NCBI GenBank assembly: GCA_038087875.1 | Contig: CM075993.1 | Coordinates: forward strand, 10,108,001-10,172,000 | Length of the DNA stretch: 64,000 nt | DNA from: Malacoraja senta | Lineage: Eukaryota | Reading direction: 5' to 3' | Part shown: piece by piece, positions 12,312 to 25,544 of the stretch | Numbering within the stretch: position 1 is the first letter of the stretch | Layout of the letters: each line of letters starts with the position of its first letter | The notes under the pieces: model-generated | Databases searched by the model: none | Told to the model about the DNA's origin: nothing | The model's input: the letters and a program-made list of their open reading frames with translations, nothing else | Made by a program: the position numbers and the translations under genes

Positions 12312-12876
12312 TTATCCAGAAATCCAGGTTCAACATGCTCTGGGGAGTTTACATCCTCATTAATTAAATAAACCGAGAATTTACAGCAAGTACCAGTGAT
12401 ATAGATGACAGGATTGGCATAAAATCCCATCAGGCTCACTCAACGCTTCAGGAATAGATCATTCTTCCTTATCCACTCTAGCTATCTGTGACTCCAGAGT
12501 GTTTACTAGTCATATATACTGAAACGGAACAATGACCGCCACTTGCTGCAGCATAACAGGCCTGTAAACACAGTCATCAATAGATAATAGATAAAACAAT
12601 AGAAATTAAATACATTTTTTTTTTAAATATTCGAGAAAAACTAAATAAAAGCTCAAATTCTTTGTACCAACACCAATGCCACTAACTTTGTTCGGACCTC
12701 TGAAGAAGGATCTCGACCCGAAACGTCACCTATTCGTTTTCTCCAGAGATGCTTCCTGACCGCACCCGAGGTCAGGATCGAACCCGGGTTACTGGTGCTG
12801 TGAGGCAGAGGCTCTACAAACTGTGCCACTGTGTTGAACATGTCATGCAATTCAAGGGTAATTAGGGGCAAGTCTA

Positions 12877-13410
12877 GTGACCTGTATCAGCGAGAACAGG
12901 TGCAGGCTCGGCGATTGTTTCGCTGAACACCTCCGCTCAGTCCGCCTGAACCTACCAGATCTCCCGGTTGCTCAACATTTTAACTCCCCCTCCCATTCCC
13001 ACACTGACCTTTCTGTCCTGGGTCTCCTCCATTGTCAGAGTGAGGCCCAGCGCAAATTAGAGGAACACCACCTCATATTTCACTTGGGCAACTTACACCC
13101 CAGCGGTATGAACGTAGACTTCTCTAACTTCAAGTAGCCCTTGCTTTCCCCCTCCCTCCTTCCCCTCCCCCAACCTAGTTCTCTGATGAGTCTTACTGTC
13201 TCTGACTACATTTTATCTCTGTACCGCCCACTCCCCTGACATCAGTCGGAAGAAGGGTCTCGACCTGAAGTCACCCATTCCTTCTCTCTAGAGATGCTGC
13301 CTGTCCTTCTCTCCAGAGATGCTGCCTGTCCTTCTCTCCAGAGATGCTGCCTGTCCTTCTCTCCAGAGATGCTGCCTGTCCCGCTGAGTTACTCCAGCCT
13401 TTTGTGTCTA
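12877..13410 (+). mobile_element. Penelope-like element 3' fragment (GIY-YIG C-terminus plus arm)
   Basis: RLGDCFAEHLRSV..PVAQHFNSPSHS..HPSGMNVDFSNFK*. Confidence 0.85.
13280..13379. repeat. 25-bp tandem x4 (CCTTCTCTCCAGAGATGCTGCCTGT) within a Penelope arm
   Basis: Four direct copies. Confidence 0.9.
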
Positions 13411-13594
13411 GGCCCAGTAAAGAGTTGACTTTAAAGAAAAATGGAGGGGGAGGCGAGAGAACAAAGTTCAGAGCATTCCAGGGTGAACACCCAATCACGG
13501 ACTTTAAAGTCAACATTTCTTCTCAAACCCATTATCTAAATGCAATTATCAAAACTCTCAACTATTTCCTTATGTTCGTAACTTACAGATTCAG

Positions 13595-13810
13595 AAGTGG
13601 GGCATCAGGTAAGTCGGGACATTTTTTCAGCATGTTGAAAAATGTCCACGAGTAAGAAAATAGCCCCGAGTGCCTACGGCTGGCATAACGAGCCGCTACG
13701 ATATATCCACGGTCTCCTACGGCCTCCTACGGACTCGTTACGAACATTCTGCGAGTTTGAAAACTCTGGAGAATTCGTGAATAACTCGGGAAAGTGGGAC
13801 AGACCCTTTA
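13595..13810. mobile_element. Harbinger MITE right fragment
   Basis: Ends gtgggacagaccct-tta; homologous to 53582-53830. Confidence 0.7.
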
Positions 13811-14344
13811 CCCATCTCCTGCCTTCTCCCCATAACCCCGGATACACGTATTAATCAAATATCTGACAATCTCCGCCTTAAAAATACCTAAAAACATGGT
13901 CTCCACAGCGGTCAGTGACGATGAATTCCACAGATTGACTACCTTCTGGATAAAGAAATTCCTCCTCAACTCCTTTCTCTCAAACGATTATATAAGATAA
14001 CCATCTGAGATAAAACTCTCTCCTCAAACTAATTCTGTAGACATTTGAAAATAATTAATTTTCATAGTTTAAAGACGATATCACCTTATCTCAGATGATA
14101 AGTCATCGATGTCCAAGAGATGCCACAAATAAAAAGTGTAATTAAATTAATACAATGAAAAAGATTCACTGAACATTTATTAAAAAATCGCAAGAAATTT
14201 TAGTTAGGATGACAAGTTAGTTAGGAGGGTAAGTGGATATATCCACCAAAATAATGTGTCATTCTCTAGAATTCTGTTTCAAAGATTGAGACGTTATTCA
14301 AATAGGTGGAAAAGTCAAGAACCAAAAACATTTCTAATTTTCAA

Positions 14345-14585
14345 TCATAGAAACAGAAACATAGAATATAGGTGCAGGAGTAGGCCATTCGGCCCTTCGA
14401 GTCAGCATCGCCATTCAATATGATCATGGCTGATCATCCAAAATCAGTACCCCATTCCTGCTTTCTCCCCATATCCCTTGATTCCGTTAGCCCCAAGAGC
14501 TAAATCTAACTCTCTCTTGAAAACATCCAGTGAATTGACCTCCACGGCCTTCTGTTGCAGAGAATTCCACAGATTCACAACTCTG
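14345..14585 (-). mobile_element. CR1 LINE 3' fragment
   Basis: Same family as 4688-5190. Confidence 0.85.
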
Positions 14586-14992
14586 AGGATAAAAGTTACA
14601 CCCAGAGTGAAACTCTCATAAATGAATGCTGCACAAGTTCATTTCTTGCTGGGTTTTGAGTACTGATCACATAGTGGAGATTGCTCCAGACATAATGAAG
14701 ACCTTTGTATCTTCTTCAGCTATAGGCGAGGTCCCAGAGGACTGGAGAGCAGACAATGTTGTGTACAAAAGAAAATACGGATTATCCATAACATTATATC
14801 CCCGTGAGGCTCACATCAAAATAAGGATTATCCATAACATTATATGCCCGTGAGGCTCACATCAGAGGTAGGGAAGCTATTGGAGAGGATTCTTAGCACT
14901 GTTCTATGTTCTAGTATCAGAGAGACAAGATGCAATGACTTTCTGAGCCTCCTTGAATCAGAACTCGCTGCCAGGGTATGTAGAATAGATGT

Positions 14993-15144
14993 GTTTAAGA
15001 AGGAACTGCAGATGCTGGAAAATCGAAGGTAGACAAAAGTGCTGGAGAAACTCAGCGGGTGCAGCAGCATCTATGGAGCGAAGGTTTCCTTCGCTCCATA
15101 GATGCTGCTGCACCCGCTGAGTTTCTCCAGCACTTTTGTCTACC
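14993..15144. mobile_element. Penelope-derived fold-back, subfamily B
   Basis: Inverted arms; perfect 16-bp TSD tatgtagaatagatgt at 14977-14992 and 15145-15160. Confidence 0.88.
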
Positions 15145-15629
15145 TATGTAGAATAGATGTCTACTTTGAAGAACTTCTCCGACTCTGTGATTCCTCCTGC
15201 CACTTTTTGCATCTTTTTCATTCATTGTTCTATATCTCTCTCTCTCCATCACCGTCTATATCTCTCGTTTCCCTTATCCCTAACCAGTCTGAAGCAGGGT
15301 CTTGACCCCATTCCTTCTCTCCAAAGATGCAGCCTGACCCACTGAGTTACTCCAGCTTTTGGTGTCCACCCTATATAGAATAGAACCAAACCTGCATTCA
15401 CCTAGCGGGTCCCGACCCGAAACGTCACCCATCCTTTTTTCTTCAGAGATGCTGCCTGTGACTCGCTGAGTTACTCCAGCACTCTGTGTCTATCTCTGGC
15501 CTTGTCCCTTTTCAAATGAAGGCAAATCCCAGAAGAGCCACTTACCATGTGTCTCCTACACCAGGGCTCAGTCCACATAAATGACCCCAGCCATTTTAAT
15601 TCACCCACTCCAATCTGTCTGGGGCCTCG

Positions 15630-15985
15630 TGCACCATTACAAGACCCTGGCCACGCTCTCAGTTCACTCCTGCCATGAGGAAGAAGGTACAGGAGCCTGA
15701 AAACTAATGTCCAGGTTCAGGAAAGAGCTTCTTCCCAACTACTATCAAGCTATTAAACACTGAATTCCAACTAAATTTTGAACCACAAACTGCCTTGATT
15801 GCACGGCGGACTTAAGGTCATTGCTTTTGTCTTTGCACTTTTATTGTTGGTTTTTTATGTACTGAACTTCTTTTAGTTGTTTATCATGGTTCTACTGAGC
15901 CCTACATTTACATATCTATGGTGCTGCTGCAAGTAAGCATGTCATTGTTCCGTGTTGGGACATATGACAATGAACACTCTTCACT
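15630..15985 (+). mobile_element. Degraded Rex1/Babar 3' end
   Basis: ggaagaaggtacaggagcctgaaaac, homologous to 32940-32965, with a similar 3' UTR. Confidence 0.7.
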
Positions 15986-16103
15986 CACAGAAGCTTGAGG
16001 GACAATGCCGCTACTGATAATGAACGTTGCAGCCTTAGTTTAGTTTAGAGATACCACGCAGAAACAGGCCCTTCAGCCCACCGAGTCTACGCTGACCATA
16101 CCG

Positions 16104-17312
16104 AAGTAGTAGGCCCCCCTCGATTATGACTGACCATGGGTGATGCCTCCTGGTCGGATGCAAGCCTGGGCGATGTCATATGGAGGACAAGCTGTTGCCC
16201 ATGCAGCACGTCCCCCCTCTCCACGTCGCTGATCGATCCAAAGGAACAGCAGGGCCGTTACAAAGCCGCCAGGCCCCAGGTAGTCAAGATGGGAGGAAAT
16301 ACATCGAAGACCCTCACCCTGAGCACAGGATCCCCCCAAGGTTGCGTCCTCAGCCCCCTACTGTACTCCCTGTACACACATGACTGTGTGGCTAGGTTCA
16401 GCTCCAACTCTATAATCAAGTTTGCTGATGACACTATGGTGGCGGGCCTGATCACTGAAAATAATGAGAAGGCCTACCGGGAGGAGGTGGCTGATCTGGC
16501 ACCCTGGTGTCAGGACAACAGCCTCCTCTTGAATGTCAAAAAAAGGAGCTGATCGTGGACTTTAGGAGGGCACAACATCCGAGGACGTACATGCCACTGG
16601 AGATAAATGGGGATACTGTAGATAGGGTGAGCTGCTTTAAATACCTGGGAGTCCACATCTCAGAGGATCTGACATGGACATCACACGCTGCAGCACTCGT
16701 GAGTAAGGCAAGGCAGCGCCTTTACCACCTCAGGCAGCTGAGGAAATTCAGAGTGTCTCTGAGGATCCTCCAGTGCTTCTACTCAGCGGCTGTACAAAGC
16801 ATCTTGTCCGGAAACATCACAATCTGGTTTGGGAACTGCTCTGCCCAGGACAAGAAGGTTCTGCAGAGAGCAGTGCGTTCGGCCGAATGCACTATGGGAA
16901 CTACACTCGCCCCCCTGCAGGAACTATACATCAGAAGGTGCAGATCCAGAGCCAGCAACATTATGGGGGACCCCTTCCACCCCAGCAACGGACTGTTCCA
17001 GCTGCTACGGTCAGGCAAACGCCTCCGTTGCCATGCTGTGAAAACGGAGAGGATGAGAAGGAGTTTCTTCCCAGTGGCCATTGGAACTGTAAACTCCTAT
17101 CTCACCAGGGACTAACTTACTGAACCAATTTACTGTTGTGTAGTGTCTTTTTAAATTGCTGTTTTTTCTTTTTCCCCCCACAGTGGAGGTTTTAAATCAG
17201 AGTTTTCCCTCTCCTAGATGGACTGCCTTCCCAGGCTGTCGAGCCCCATCTGCCCGAGACTTGTGGGGGTGGGAGCGTCTACCTTCCCGTGCAGGTCTAT
17301 AGCACCTGCCCA
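16104..17312 (-). mobile_element. RTE-related non-autonomous element split by the Rex1/Babar fragment
   Basis: Two halves (16104-16265 and about 17180-17312). Minus strand carries the RTE 5'-type motif ggcagtccatctaggagagggaaaactctgatttaaaacc. TSD ctgacca(t/c)accg at 16092-16103 and 17313-17324. Confidence 0.6.
16266..17178 (+). mobile_element. Rex1/Babar-clade LINE fragment (second family), frameshifted
   Basis: [45 protein letters not shown]. Confidence 0.9.
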
Positions 17313-18189
17313 CTGACCACACCGTATACTAGGGTATCCTACACACACGGGACAATTTTGCAATTTTTACTGAAGCATTTAACCAACAAACCTGTACGTC
17401 TTTGGAGTGTAGGGGAAAACCTGAGCACCCGGAGAAAACCCACGCGGTCACGGGGAGAAGATAGAGACTCCGTACAGACAGCACCCATAGTTGTGATTGA
17501 ACCTGGGTCTAAGGGGGTGTAAGGCAGCAACTCTACCGCTGTGCCACCGTGCCGCTCTGAATCGAACGTGGAATTTTCTAACTTGAGATAACAAGCTCTT
17601 TCCTGCTGCCAACAGAAGCATTTTGCTCTGCCATCCTGTATTTCTTGCTTGGCTGCTTGCTACACACCCTAATCGACCAGGACCGCGCCAGCCACAAACT
17701 ACATAACCGCACCACCACCTCCTCCTCACACAGTCACTCATGCTCACTGCCAGAGAAGTTCCCTCGCTTCACCCACTTCTTGCTGCTAACCAGACAAATT
17801 ATTTGTCTCTTTCCCAGGTCTAATGACAAATCCCCATCTCAAACATTAACCGAAGATAGACACAAAATAACTCAGCAGGACCGGCAGCATCTCTGGGGAG
17901 AAGGAATGGGTGACGTTTCGGGTCGAGACCCTTCTTCATTAACATTAACTGCTTCATTTTCCACAGCTGTTGCCCAACTTTTCCCAGTGTTTCCCAATAT
18001 TCTGCCTTTCTTCTATAAACAAACATCTGGCCTGCCAGACAAGTCCCACCATCTCATCAATGACTCTTTATCCAGACCTGGAAGCTTAATGAACATAGAA
18101 CAGCACAGGAACAGGCCCTTCGGCCCACAATGTCTGTGCCGCACACAATGCCAAGACCAACTCTTATCTGCCTACACATAATCCATATC

Positions 18190-18710
18190 CCTTGTGATGA
18201 CAAAGAATGGATCAACTGGGATTGAATTCACTGGAATTTAGAAGGATGAGAGGCAATCTTATAGAAACAAATACAATTCTTAAAGGTAGACAAAATTGCT
18301 GGAGAAACTCAGCGGGTGTGGCAGCATCTATGGAGCGAAGGAAATAGGCAACGTTTCGGGCCAAAACCCTTCTTCAGCCTATTTCCTTCGCTCCATAGAT
18401 GCTGCTGCACCCGCTGAGTTTCTCCAGCAATTTTGTCTACCTTCGATTTTCCAGCATCTGCAGTTCCTTCTTGAACAAAATTCTAAAGGGATTGGACACG
18501 CTAGACGCAGGAAAATTGTTCCCCATGTTGGGGGGGGGTCCAGAACCAGTGGTCACAGTTTAAGAATAAGGGGTAGGCCATTTAGGACTGAGATGAGGAA
18601 AAACCTTTTCACCCAGAGAGTTGTGAATCTGTGGAATTCTCTGCCACAGAGGGCAGTGGAGGCCAATTCACTGGATGTACATATTGAAGAGAGAGTTAGA
18701 CAGAGCTCTT
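18190..18710 (+). mobile_element. CR1 fragment interrupted by a Penelope fold-back (18284-18478)
   Basis: SRTSGHSLRIRGRPFRTEMRKNLFTQRVVNLWNSLPQRAVEA. Confidence 0.85.
18284..18478. mobile_element. Penelope-derived fold-back, subfamily B
   Basis: Inverted arms inside CR1. Confidence 0.85.
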
Positions 18711-19292
18711 ACGGCTATATCCATTGCTAATTTGTTATCTCTTTCAATGCAATGGATTGAACTTAATCCACATCTCTGCATGGATGAACACAGTGCGGAC
18801 ACACTACATACTCTGGCAAGTGGACTATCCCACTTGGCTGAGTGCATTGTAGCTCTGAGCCATCAAATCAAAATTTGTTTACGGAAGCCAATTGCCTATG
18901 ACATAGGTACGCAAGGATTTAAGATCAGGAATCTGATACGGGCCAAACAGGTTTCAGGGTGGTGAGATACATGTAGATGGGGAGAAGGGGAGAAAGACAG
19001 GGAGGAGAGGGGAGAGCAGGAGGAAGAACAGCTGGCACTAATCCAGCTGTGATCACTTGTTTCATGGCAGATTACATTAATTTGGTCAGAGTAGATTATT
19101 TATTTCACTGTGGGATGGGGGGAGGTGATCTGTCAAGTTTCTAAGCAGGTTCTCACGGTGATAAAGGCTCAAAGGATTCTGCTCAGATTTCTATTGCAAA
19201 ATAAGTCACACAGCGCTGGATCAATTCAGCGGATCAGGCAGCATCTCTGGAGAAAAAGGACAGGTGACGTTTCGGGTCGAGACCCTTCTAAG

Positions 19293-19602
19293 TGGGCAGC
19301 ATGGTGGCGCAGCGGTGGAGTTGCTGCCTTACAGCGAATGCAACGCTGGAGACCCGGGTTCGATCCCAACTACGGGTGCCGTCTGTACGGAGTTTGACAT
19401 TCTCCCCGTGACCCGCGTGTGTTTTCTCCGGGATCTTCGGTTTCCTCCCACAAAGGCGTGCAGGTTTGTCGGTTAATTGGCTTGGTAAATGTAAACATTT
19501 TCCCTAGTGTGTGTATAGGATAGTGTTACTGTGCGGGGATCACTGGTCAGCGCAGACCCGGTGGGCCAAAGGGCCTGTTCCCGCGCTGTATCTCTAAACT
19601 AA
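19293..19602 (+). mobile_element. HE1-type tRNA-derived V-SINE
   Basis: A box tggcgcagcgg, B box ggttcgatccc, V-domain-like core, CR1-like tail gggcc.aagggcctgtt, (ctaaa)n. Confidence 0.88.
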
Positions 19603-19654
19603 CCCAGTGCCTTGGTCATTGGTCACATCATTAATCAATTTTTATGACATCAGA

Positions 19655-20205
19655 ATTTAGTTCAGTTTAGAGATACAGCGCGGAAACAGCCCTGCAACCC
19701 ACCGAGTCCGCGCCGACCAGCGATCCCCGCACATGAACACTACCCTACACACTGGGGACAATTTACAATCTTTACCGGAATCAATTAACCTACAAACGTG
19801 TGTGTCTTTGGAGTGTGGGAGGAAACCAGAGAATCCGGAAAAAAACCACGCAGGTCACAGAGAACGGAAGGGCCTGTCCCACTTGCCGATTTTTTCGGGG
19901 TCTGCCGGCGTCATTGAATGACGTATCAGGGTCGCCGAAAGATGTTGAACATTCCAGCGGCGACAAAAAAAAATTGCGACACTTGAGGAAACGCCGCGCA
20001 TCAATACGTCATCACGCCACGTCACACCGCGTCACCCTGTGAATTTTTCGGTGACCTGATACGTCAGTCAATGATGCCGGCATTCGCCGAAAAAATTGGG
20101 GTGGGACAGGCAGTGTACAAACTGTGTACAGTCGGCACCCACAGTCATGATCGAACCCGGGTGTCTGGCGCTGTGAGGTAGCAACTCTACCGCTGCGCTA
20201 CCCCA
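19655..20205 (-). mobile_element. HE1-type SINE interrupted by a Harbinger MITE
   Basis: Reverse complement of the SINE on both sides of 19869-20111. Confidence 0.8.
19869..20111. mobile_element. PIF/Harbinger-type MITE inserted in an HE1 SINE
   Basis: gcctgtcccac..gtgggacaggc ends with long subterminal inverted repeats. Confidence 0.8.
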
Positions 20206-20364
20206 TTGAGAATGTCTCAGCGCAATGTTTAAACTCGGAGTTGGTCTACTGTGCGAAACAAGACAATCGCTCCACAGGACAAGTCTGCAGATTAGGCAGC
20301 ATCTCTGGAGGGTGACGTTTTGGGTCTCCAGAGATGCTGCCTGTCCCGCTGAGTTTGACAGTTT

Positions 20365-22415
20365 GGCAAAAGAATAAATCAGGGAAGGTAGTGCATCCAT
20401 GGATAACAAGGGAAATCAGGGATAGTATCAAAACAAAAGATGAAGCATACAAATTAGCCAGAAAAAGCAGCCTACCAGGGGACTGGGAGAAATTCAGAGT
20501 CCTGCAGAGGAGGACAAAGGGCTTAATTAGGAAAGGGAAAATAGATTATGAAAGAAAACTGTCAGGGAACATAAAAACTGACTGCAAAAGTTTTTATAGA
20601 TAAGTGAAGAGAAAAAGATAAGTTAAAACAAATGTAGGTCCCTTGCAGTCAGAAACAGGCGAATTGATCATGGGGAACAAGGACATGGCAGACCAATTGA
20701 ATAACTACTTTGGTTCTGTCTTCACTAAGGAAGACATAAATAATCTTCCAGAAATAGCAGGGGACCGGGGTTCAAATGAGATGGAGGAACTGAGTGAAAT
20801 CCAGGTTAGCCGGGAAGTGGTGTTAGGTAAATTGAATGGATTAAAGGCCGATAAATCCCCAGGGCCAGATAAGTTGCATCCCAGAGTACTTAAGGAAGTA
20901 GCCCCAGAAATAGTGGATGCATTAGTGATCATTTTTCAAAACTCTTTAGATTCTGGAGTAATTCCTGAGGATTGGAGGGTAGCTAATGTAACCCCACTTT
21001 TTAAAAAGGGAGGGAGAGAGAAAATGGGGAATTACAGACCAGTTAGTCTAACATCGGTAGTGGGGGAAATGCTAGAGTCAGTTATTAAAGATGGGATAGC
21101 AGCACATTTGGAAAGTGGTGAATTCATTGGACAAAGTCAGCATGGATTTATGAAAGGTAAATCATGTCTGACGAATCTTATAGAATTTTTCGAGGATGTA
21201 ACTAGTAAAGTGGATAAGGGAGAACCAGTGGATGTGTTATATCTGGACTTTCAGAAGGCTTTCGACAAGGTCCCACATAAGAGATTAGTATGTAAACTTA
21301 AAGCACACGGTATTGGGGGTTCAGTATTGATGTGGATAGAGAACTGGCTGGCAGACAGGAAGCAAAGAGTAGGAGTAAACGAGTCCTTTTCAGAATGGCA
21401 GGCAGTGACTAGTGGCGTATCGCAAGGCTCAGTGCTGGGACCCCAGCTATTTACAATATATATTAATGATCTGGATGAGGGAATTGAATGCAACATCTCC
21501 AAGTTTGCGGATGACACGAAGCTGGGGGGCAGTGTTAGCTGTGAGGAGGATGCTAGGAGGCTGCAAGGTGACTTGGATAGGTTGGGTGAGTGGGCAAATG
21601 CATGGCAGATGCAGTATAATGTGGATAAATGTGAGGTTATCCACTTTGGTGGCAAAAACAGGAAAGTAGACTATTATCTGAATGGTGGCCGAGTAGGAAA
21701 AGGGGAGATGCAACAAGACCTGGGTGTCATGGTACACCAGTCATTGAAAGTAGGCATGCAGGCGCAGCAGGCAGTGAAGAAAGCGAATGGTATGTTAGCA
21801 TTCATAGCAAAAGGATTTGAGTATAAGAGCAGGGAGGTTCTACTGCAGTTGTACAGGGTCTTGGTGAGACCACACCTGGAGTATTGCGTACAGTTTTGGT
21901 CTCCTAATCTGAGGAAAGACATTCTTGCCATAGAGGGAGTACAGAGAAGGTTCACCCAGACTGATTCCTGGACTTTCATATGAAGAAAGACTGGATAGAC
22001 TCGGCTTGTACTCGCTAGAATTTAGAAGATTGAGGGGGGATCTTATAGAAACTTACAAAATTCTTAAGGGTTTGGACAGGCTAGACGCAGGAAGATTATT
22101 CCCGATGTTGGGGAAGTCCAGAACAAGGGGTCACAGTTTAAGGATAAGGGGGAAGTCTTTTAGGACCGAGATGAGTTTTTACACAGAGAGTGGTGAATCT
22201 GTGGAATTCTCTGCCACAGGTAGTTGAGGCCAGTTCATTGGCTATATTTAAGAGGGTTAAATGTGGCCCTTGTGGCTAAAGGGATCAGGGGGTATGGAGA
22301 GAAGGCAGTTACAGGATACTGAGTTGTATGATCAGCCATGATCATATTGAATGGCGGTGCAGGCTCGGGGCCAAATGGCCTACTCCTGCACCTATTTTCT
22401 ATGTTTTTATGTTTC
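20365..22415 (+). mobile_element. CR1-clade LINE (HER1-like), 5'-truncated ORF2 with stop and frameshift
   Basis: PWIT, KSPGPD, NYRPVSLTS, YLDFQKAFDKV, QGSVLGP, KFADDTKL, RPHLEYCVQFW. Stop at 20601 and frameshift near 21960. 3' tail cctattttctatgttt. Confidence 0.95.
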
Positions 22416-22892
22416 TCCAGCATTTTTGTCTACCTTCGATTTTCCAGCATCTGCAGTTCCTTCTTAAAAACTGATTTATTACACTCCGTCCAGTTCTCAA
22501 AACCAGCGATGGATCGATTTGGCCACTTTCTAACTCCTCTCTGGGAAAGACGTTCAGAGTCACTCTGTCTGACCGAAGATATTTTTAGGGTCCATAACTG
22601 CGGGATGAGTGATCATGTTTCTTGATCACAGCAGATTCTCCTCGTGAGGTAAAACTGTTCAGGAAACATTATGAAACTGGTTGTAGATTCCACACTGCAT
22701 AATGAAACAGCTCATGCCATGCAGTGTAATGTGATGCATGCTCATAATACTTAATAAAGATAGATTTGTGCAAAGCATACAGGTGAATAATATTGTAAAT
22801 CACATTCCCCATTTTATGGCTCACTTCCGCCAACCCTTCAATCATTGGCAGTGGACATCAGCAGTAACCCAGCCAACCAGAGTCGCAGAGAC

Positions 22893-23115
22893 AGGAGTTT
22901 GTACGTTCTCCCCGTGACCGCGTGGGTTTTCGCCGAGATCTTCGGTTTCCTCTCACACTCCAAAGATGTAAAGGTTTGCAGGTTAATTGGCTTTGGTAAA
23001 ATTGTAAATTGTCCCCAGTATTTGTAGGATAGTATTAGTGTGCGGGGATCGCTGGTCGGCATGGCCCCGGTGGGTCAAAGTGTCTGTTTCCATGCTGTAT
23101 CTCTAAACTAAACTA
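22893..23115 (+). mobile_element. HE1-type SINE, 5'-truncated
   Basis: Core and tail. Confidence 0.8.
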
Positions 23116-23624
23116 ATTCCATTTACCAGGGCTAGAACGGTGACTTTGGAGCTTTGACAAGTCAAGTGCTTGGCAAGATGCTTCTTACATGTTGAATCTT
23201 TAGCGCCGAGCTGTCCTGAGCTACCACCTGCTTCATTGGAGACCCTCGGACTATCTTTAATCGGATAGATGATGGTACACTGAACTATCTAGAGACCACA
23301 ATGGCAACGATGGATTTTAAATCAGTTAATAATATGTAATTTGGAGAAAATAAACTAAAAAAAGCAAAACTAGTCTTGGAAATGACGAGCACAAAAATAA
23401 TTGGATTGTCTGAAAAATCTGTCTGGTTCAGTAAAACCCTGCTGAATGAAGTGTGTTATTGTCACCCAGTCACAGAACTGAGCAGCATGAAAACAGGTTC
23501 TTCAGCTCACCTTGGTATACTGGTATACTGGGCTAGTCCCATTTGTCTGCATTTGGCCCATAGCTCTCTAAACCTTTCCTACCCATATATTTGTCCAAAC
23601 ATATTTTAACACTTGTCATGGTAA

Positions 23625-23919
23625 AGGGGCTGTCCCACTGTACGAGCTAATTCAAGAGTTCTCCTGAGTTTCCCCTGATTCGAACTCGGAGAATTACGGT
23701 AATAGCCGCTCGTAGGTAATCGGGGCTCTCATGTTGAAAAATCTTCACGAGTCTTCACGAGCTTCCCGCCTTTACCGAGTACCTGCCGTTAGCATAACGA
23801 GCCGCTAAGACACGTTACGAGCTCCGAAGTACCCGCTACGTACATTCTACGTGCTTACCATGAGTTTGATTTAATTTTTTAAGACCTCTTGAATTAGCTC
23901 GTACAGTGGGACAGCCCCT
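23625..23919. mobile_element. PIF/Harbinger-type MITE (related subfamily)
   Basis: TIR aggggctgtcccactgtacgagctaattcaagag; flanks TAA/TTA. Confidence 0.85.
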
Positions 23920-23924
23920 TTACT

Positions 23925-24590
23925 GTGTCGATAGCTTCTTCTGGCAGCTTGTTCCAGATGTGGATCACCTTCTGAGCAGAAAACTTGCCCCCGAGGCCCC
24001 TCTTCAATCTCTCCCCTCTCACCAGAAGCCTATGCCTCTAGTTTTAGAGTCCTATACCTTGGGCAAAAGTCTTGGAGCTTCACTTTGTCCAGGCCTCTCG
24101 TGATCTTATACACCTAGAGACATAGAGCATTGAAACAGGCCCTTCAGCCCAACTTGCCCATGCTGTCCAAAATGATGCGTCTACATTAGTTCCATGTTTC
24201 CGAGTTTGGCAGATATCCGGTTCTCTGGACACTTTCAAGAGAGAGCTTGATAGGGCTCTTAAAGATAGCGGAGTCAGGGGATATGGGGAGAAGGCAGGAA
24301 CGGGGTACTGATTGGGGATGATCAGCCATGATCACATTGAATGGCGGTGCTGGCTCGAAGGGCCGAGTGGCCTACTCCTGCACCTATTGTCTATCCCTTT
24401 AAACCTTTCCTATCCACGCTCCTCATGATCTTGAACACCTCAATAACGTCACCCATCCGCCTCCTATGCTCCAAGTAAAAAGTCCCCCCCCCCCGTAACT
24501 CCAGCCCGCAAACTCAGGGAACATCATGGTAAATTGTTTTTGCATCCTTTTCAACTTTCCCATAGCTGGGTGACCAGAACTGCACACTGG
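23925..24590. mobile_element. Cluster of CR1 fragments in both orientations
   Basis: Homology to the other CR1 3' ends in the window. Confidence 0.7.
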
Positions 24591-24951
24591 CCAATCTAAC
24601 AATGGGCCATTATGGGCTCCACCCTTCCTTGGTCATCTGCTGCCAGTTCCGGCATTTTCCCACCTCCGGTTCCCACCCCCTCTACTTTCAGTCTGAATAA
24701 GGGTCCCGACCCGGAACGTCACCAATCCCTTTTCCTCGGATGCTGCCTGACCCGCTGAGTTACTCCTTCATGGCAATCTCCTATTCAAAAGCTCCACATG
24801 CACTTTGATACCTTGTGGAAGATTCTGAACCAGCCAAATGACAACACAAAAAGCCCTGAAAAGGCTCTGGAGTTTCAGACTGATTCACTGAAAGTTTAAT
24901 GAAGAGCAACCAAAAAATAATCCCTCGGCTAACAAATAGAATAACTAAGAT

Positions 24952-25190
24952 GTAGAAACTAGGAACTGCAGATGCTGGTTCATACACAAAAGGACACAAA
25001 GTGCTGGAGTAACTCAGCGGGTCAGGCAGAACATGGATAGGTGATGTTTCAGGTCGAGACCCTTCTTCCGTCCGATCCAATTGCAGTGTTATGGATTCAG
25101 TTTGAAGAAAGGTCTCGACCCGAAATGTCACCTACCTATGTCCTCCAGAGATGCTGTCTGACCCGTTGGGTTACTCCAGCACTTGGTGTT
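24952..25190. mobile_element. Penelope-derived fold-back (older variant)
   Basis: Inverted arms. Confidence 0.75.
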
Positions 25191-25544
25191 GTTTTTGAAA
25201 TTCAATAACTAAATTGTCCTTGGAAGGATTTCTAACAGAAGGGATACTAAAACAGTCAGCAGAAACTATCACTCATTGTTTTATGCTAAATATTGTTGGT
25301 GAGAGAATTTTCAATTCCATTGGGCTTTCACGATTATCTCCGGAATGGTTAGCAAGTTAAATCTGGCAGGCAACACCTGCTCTCAACTTCACCATGAAAG
25401 AGATCATTCAGCCAGGAAGGCCTTCTCCTCTGCCAGGGCCATTAGGATATCCGAATTATGCTGTCTGGAGAGAAACATTTTAAAACAGCCGCAAATCACA
25501 ACATTGGGCACTGTGTCTACACTCAACTACCTATCAAATGTTAT

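Larger units (their letters stand above)
16035..17555 (-). mobile_element. HE1-type SINE split by nested insertions (pieces 16035-16103 and 17313-17555)
   Basis: Tail at left, head at right, collinear. Confidence 0.75.

Noticed and set aside
14993..15144. Interpreting the fold-back elements as DNA-transposon MITEs or miRNA genes
   Set aside because: Arms are asymmetric, TSDs are 14-16 bp and variable, and the arm is contiguous with Penelope GIY-YIG ORF ends elsewhere in the window.
19293..19380. tRNA genes (A/B boxes here and at other SINE heads)
   Set aside because: They continue into the SINE core and CR1-like tail; these are tRNA-derived SINE heads, not tRNAs.
20643..21983. 446-aa RT ORF as a functional or domesticated gene
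   Set aside because: Standard CR1 ORF2 fragment bounded by an upstream stop and a downstream frameshift.
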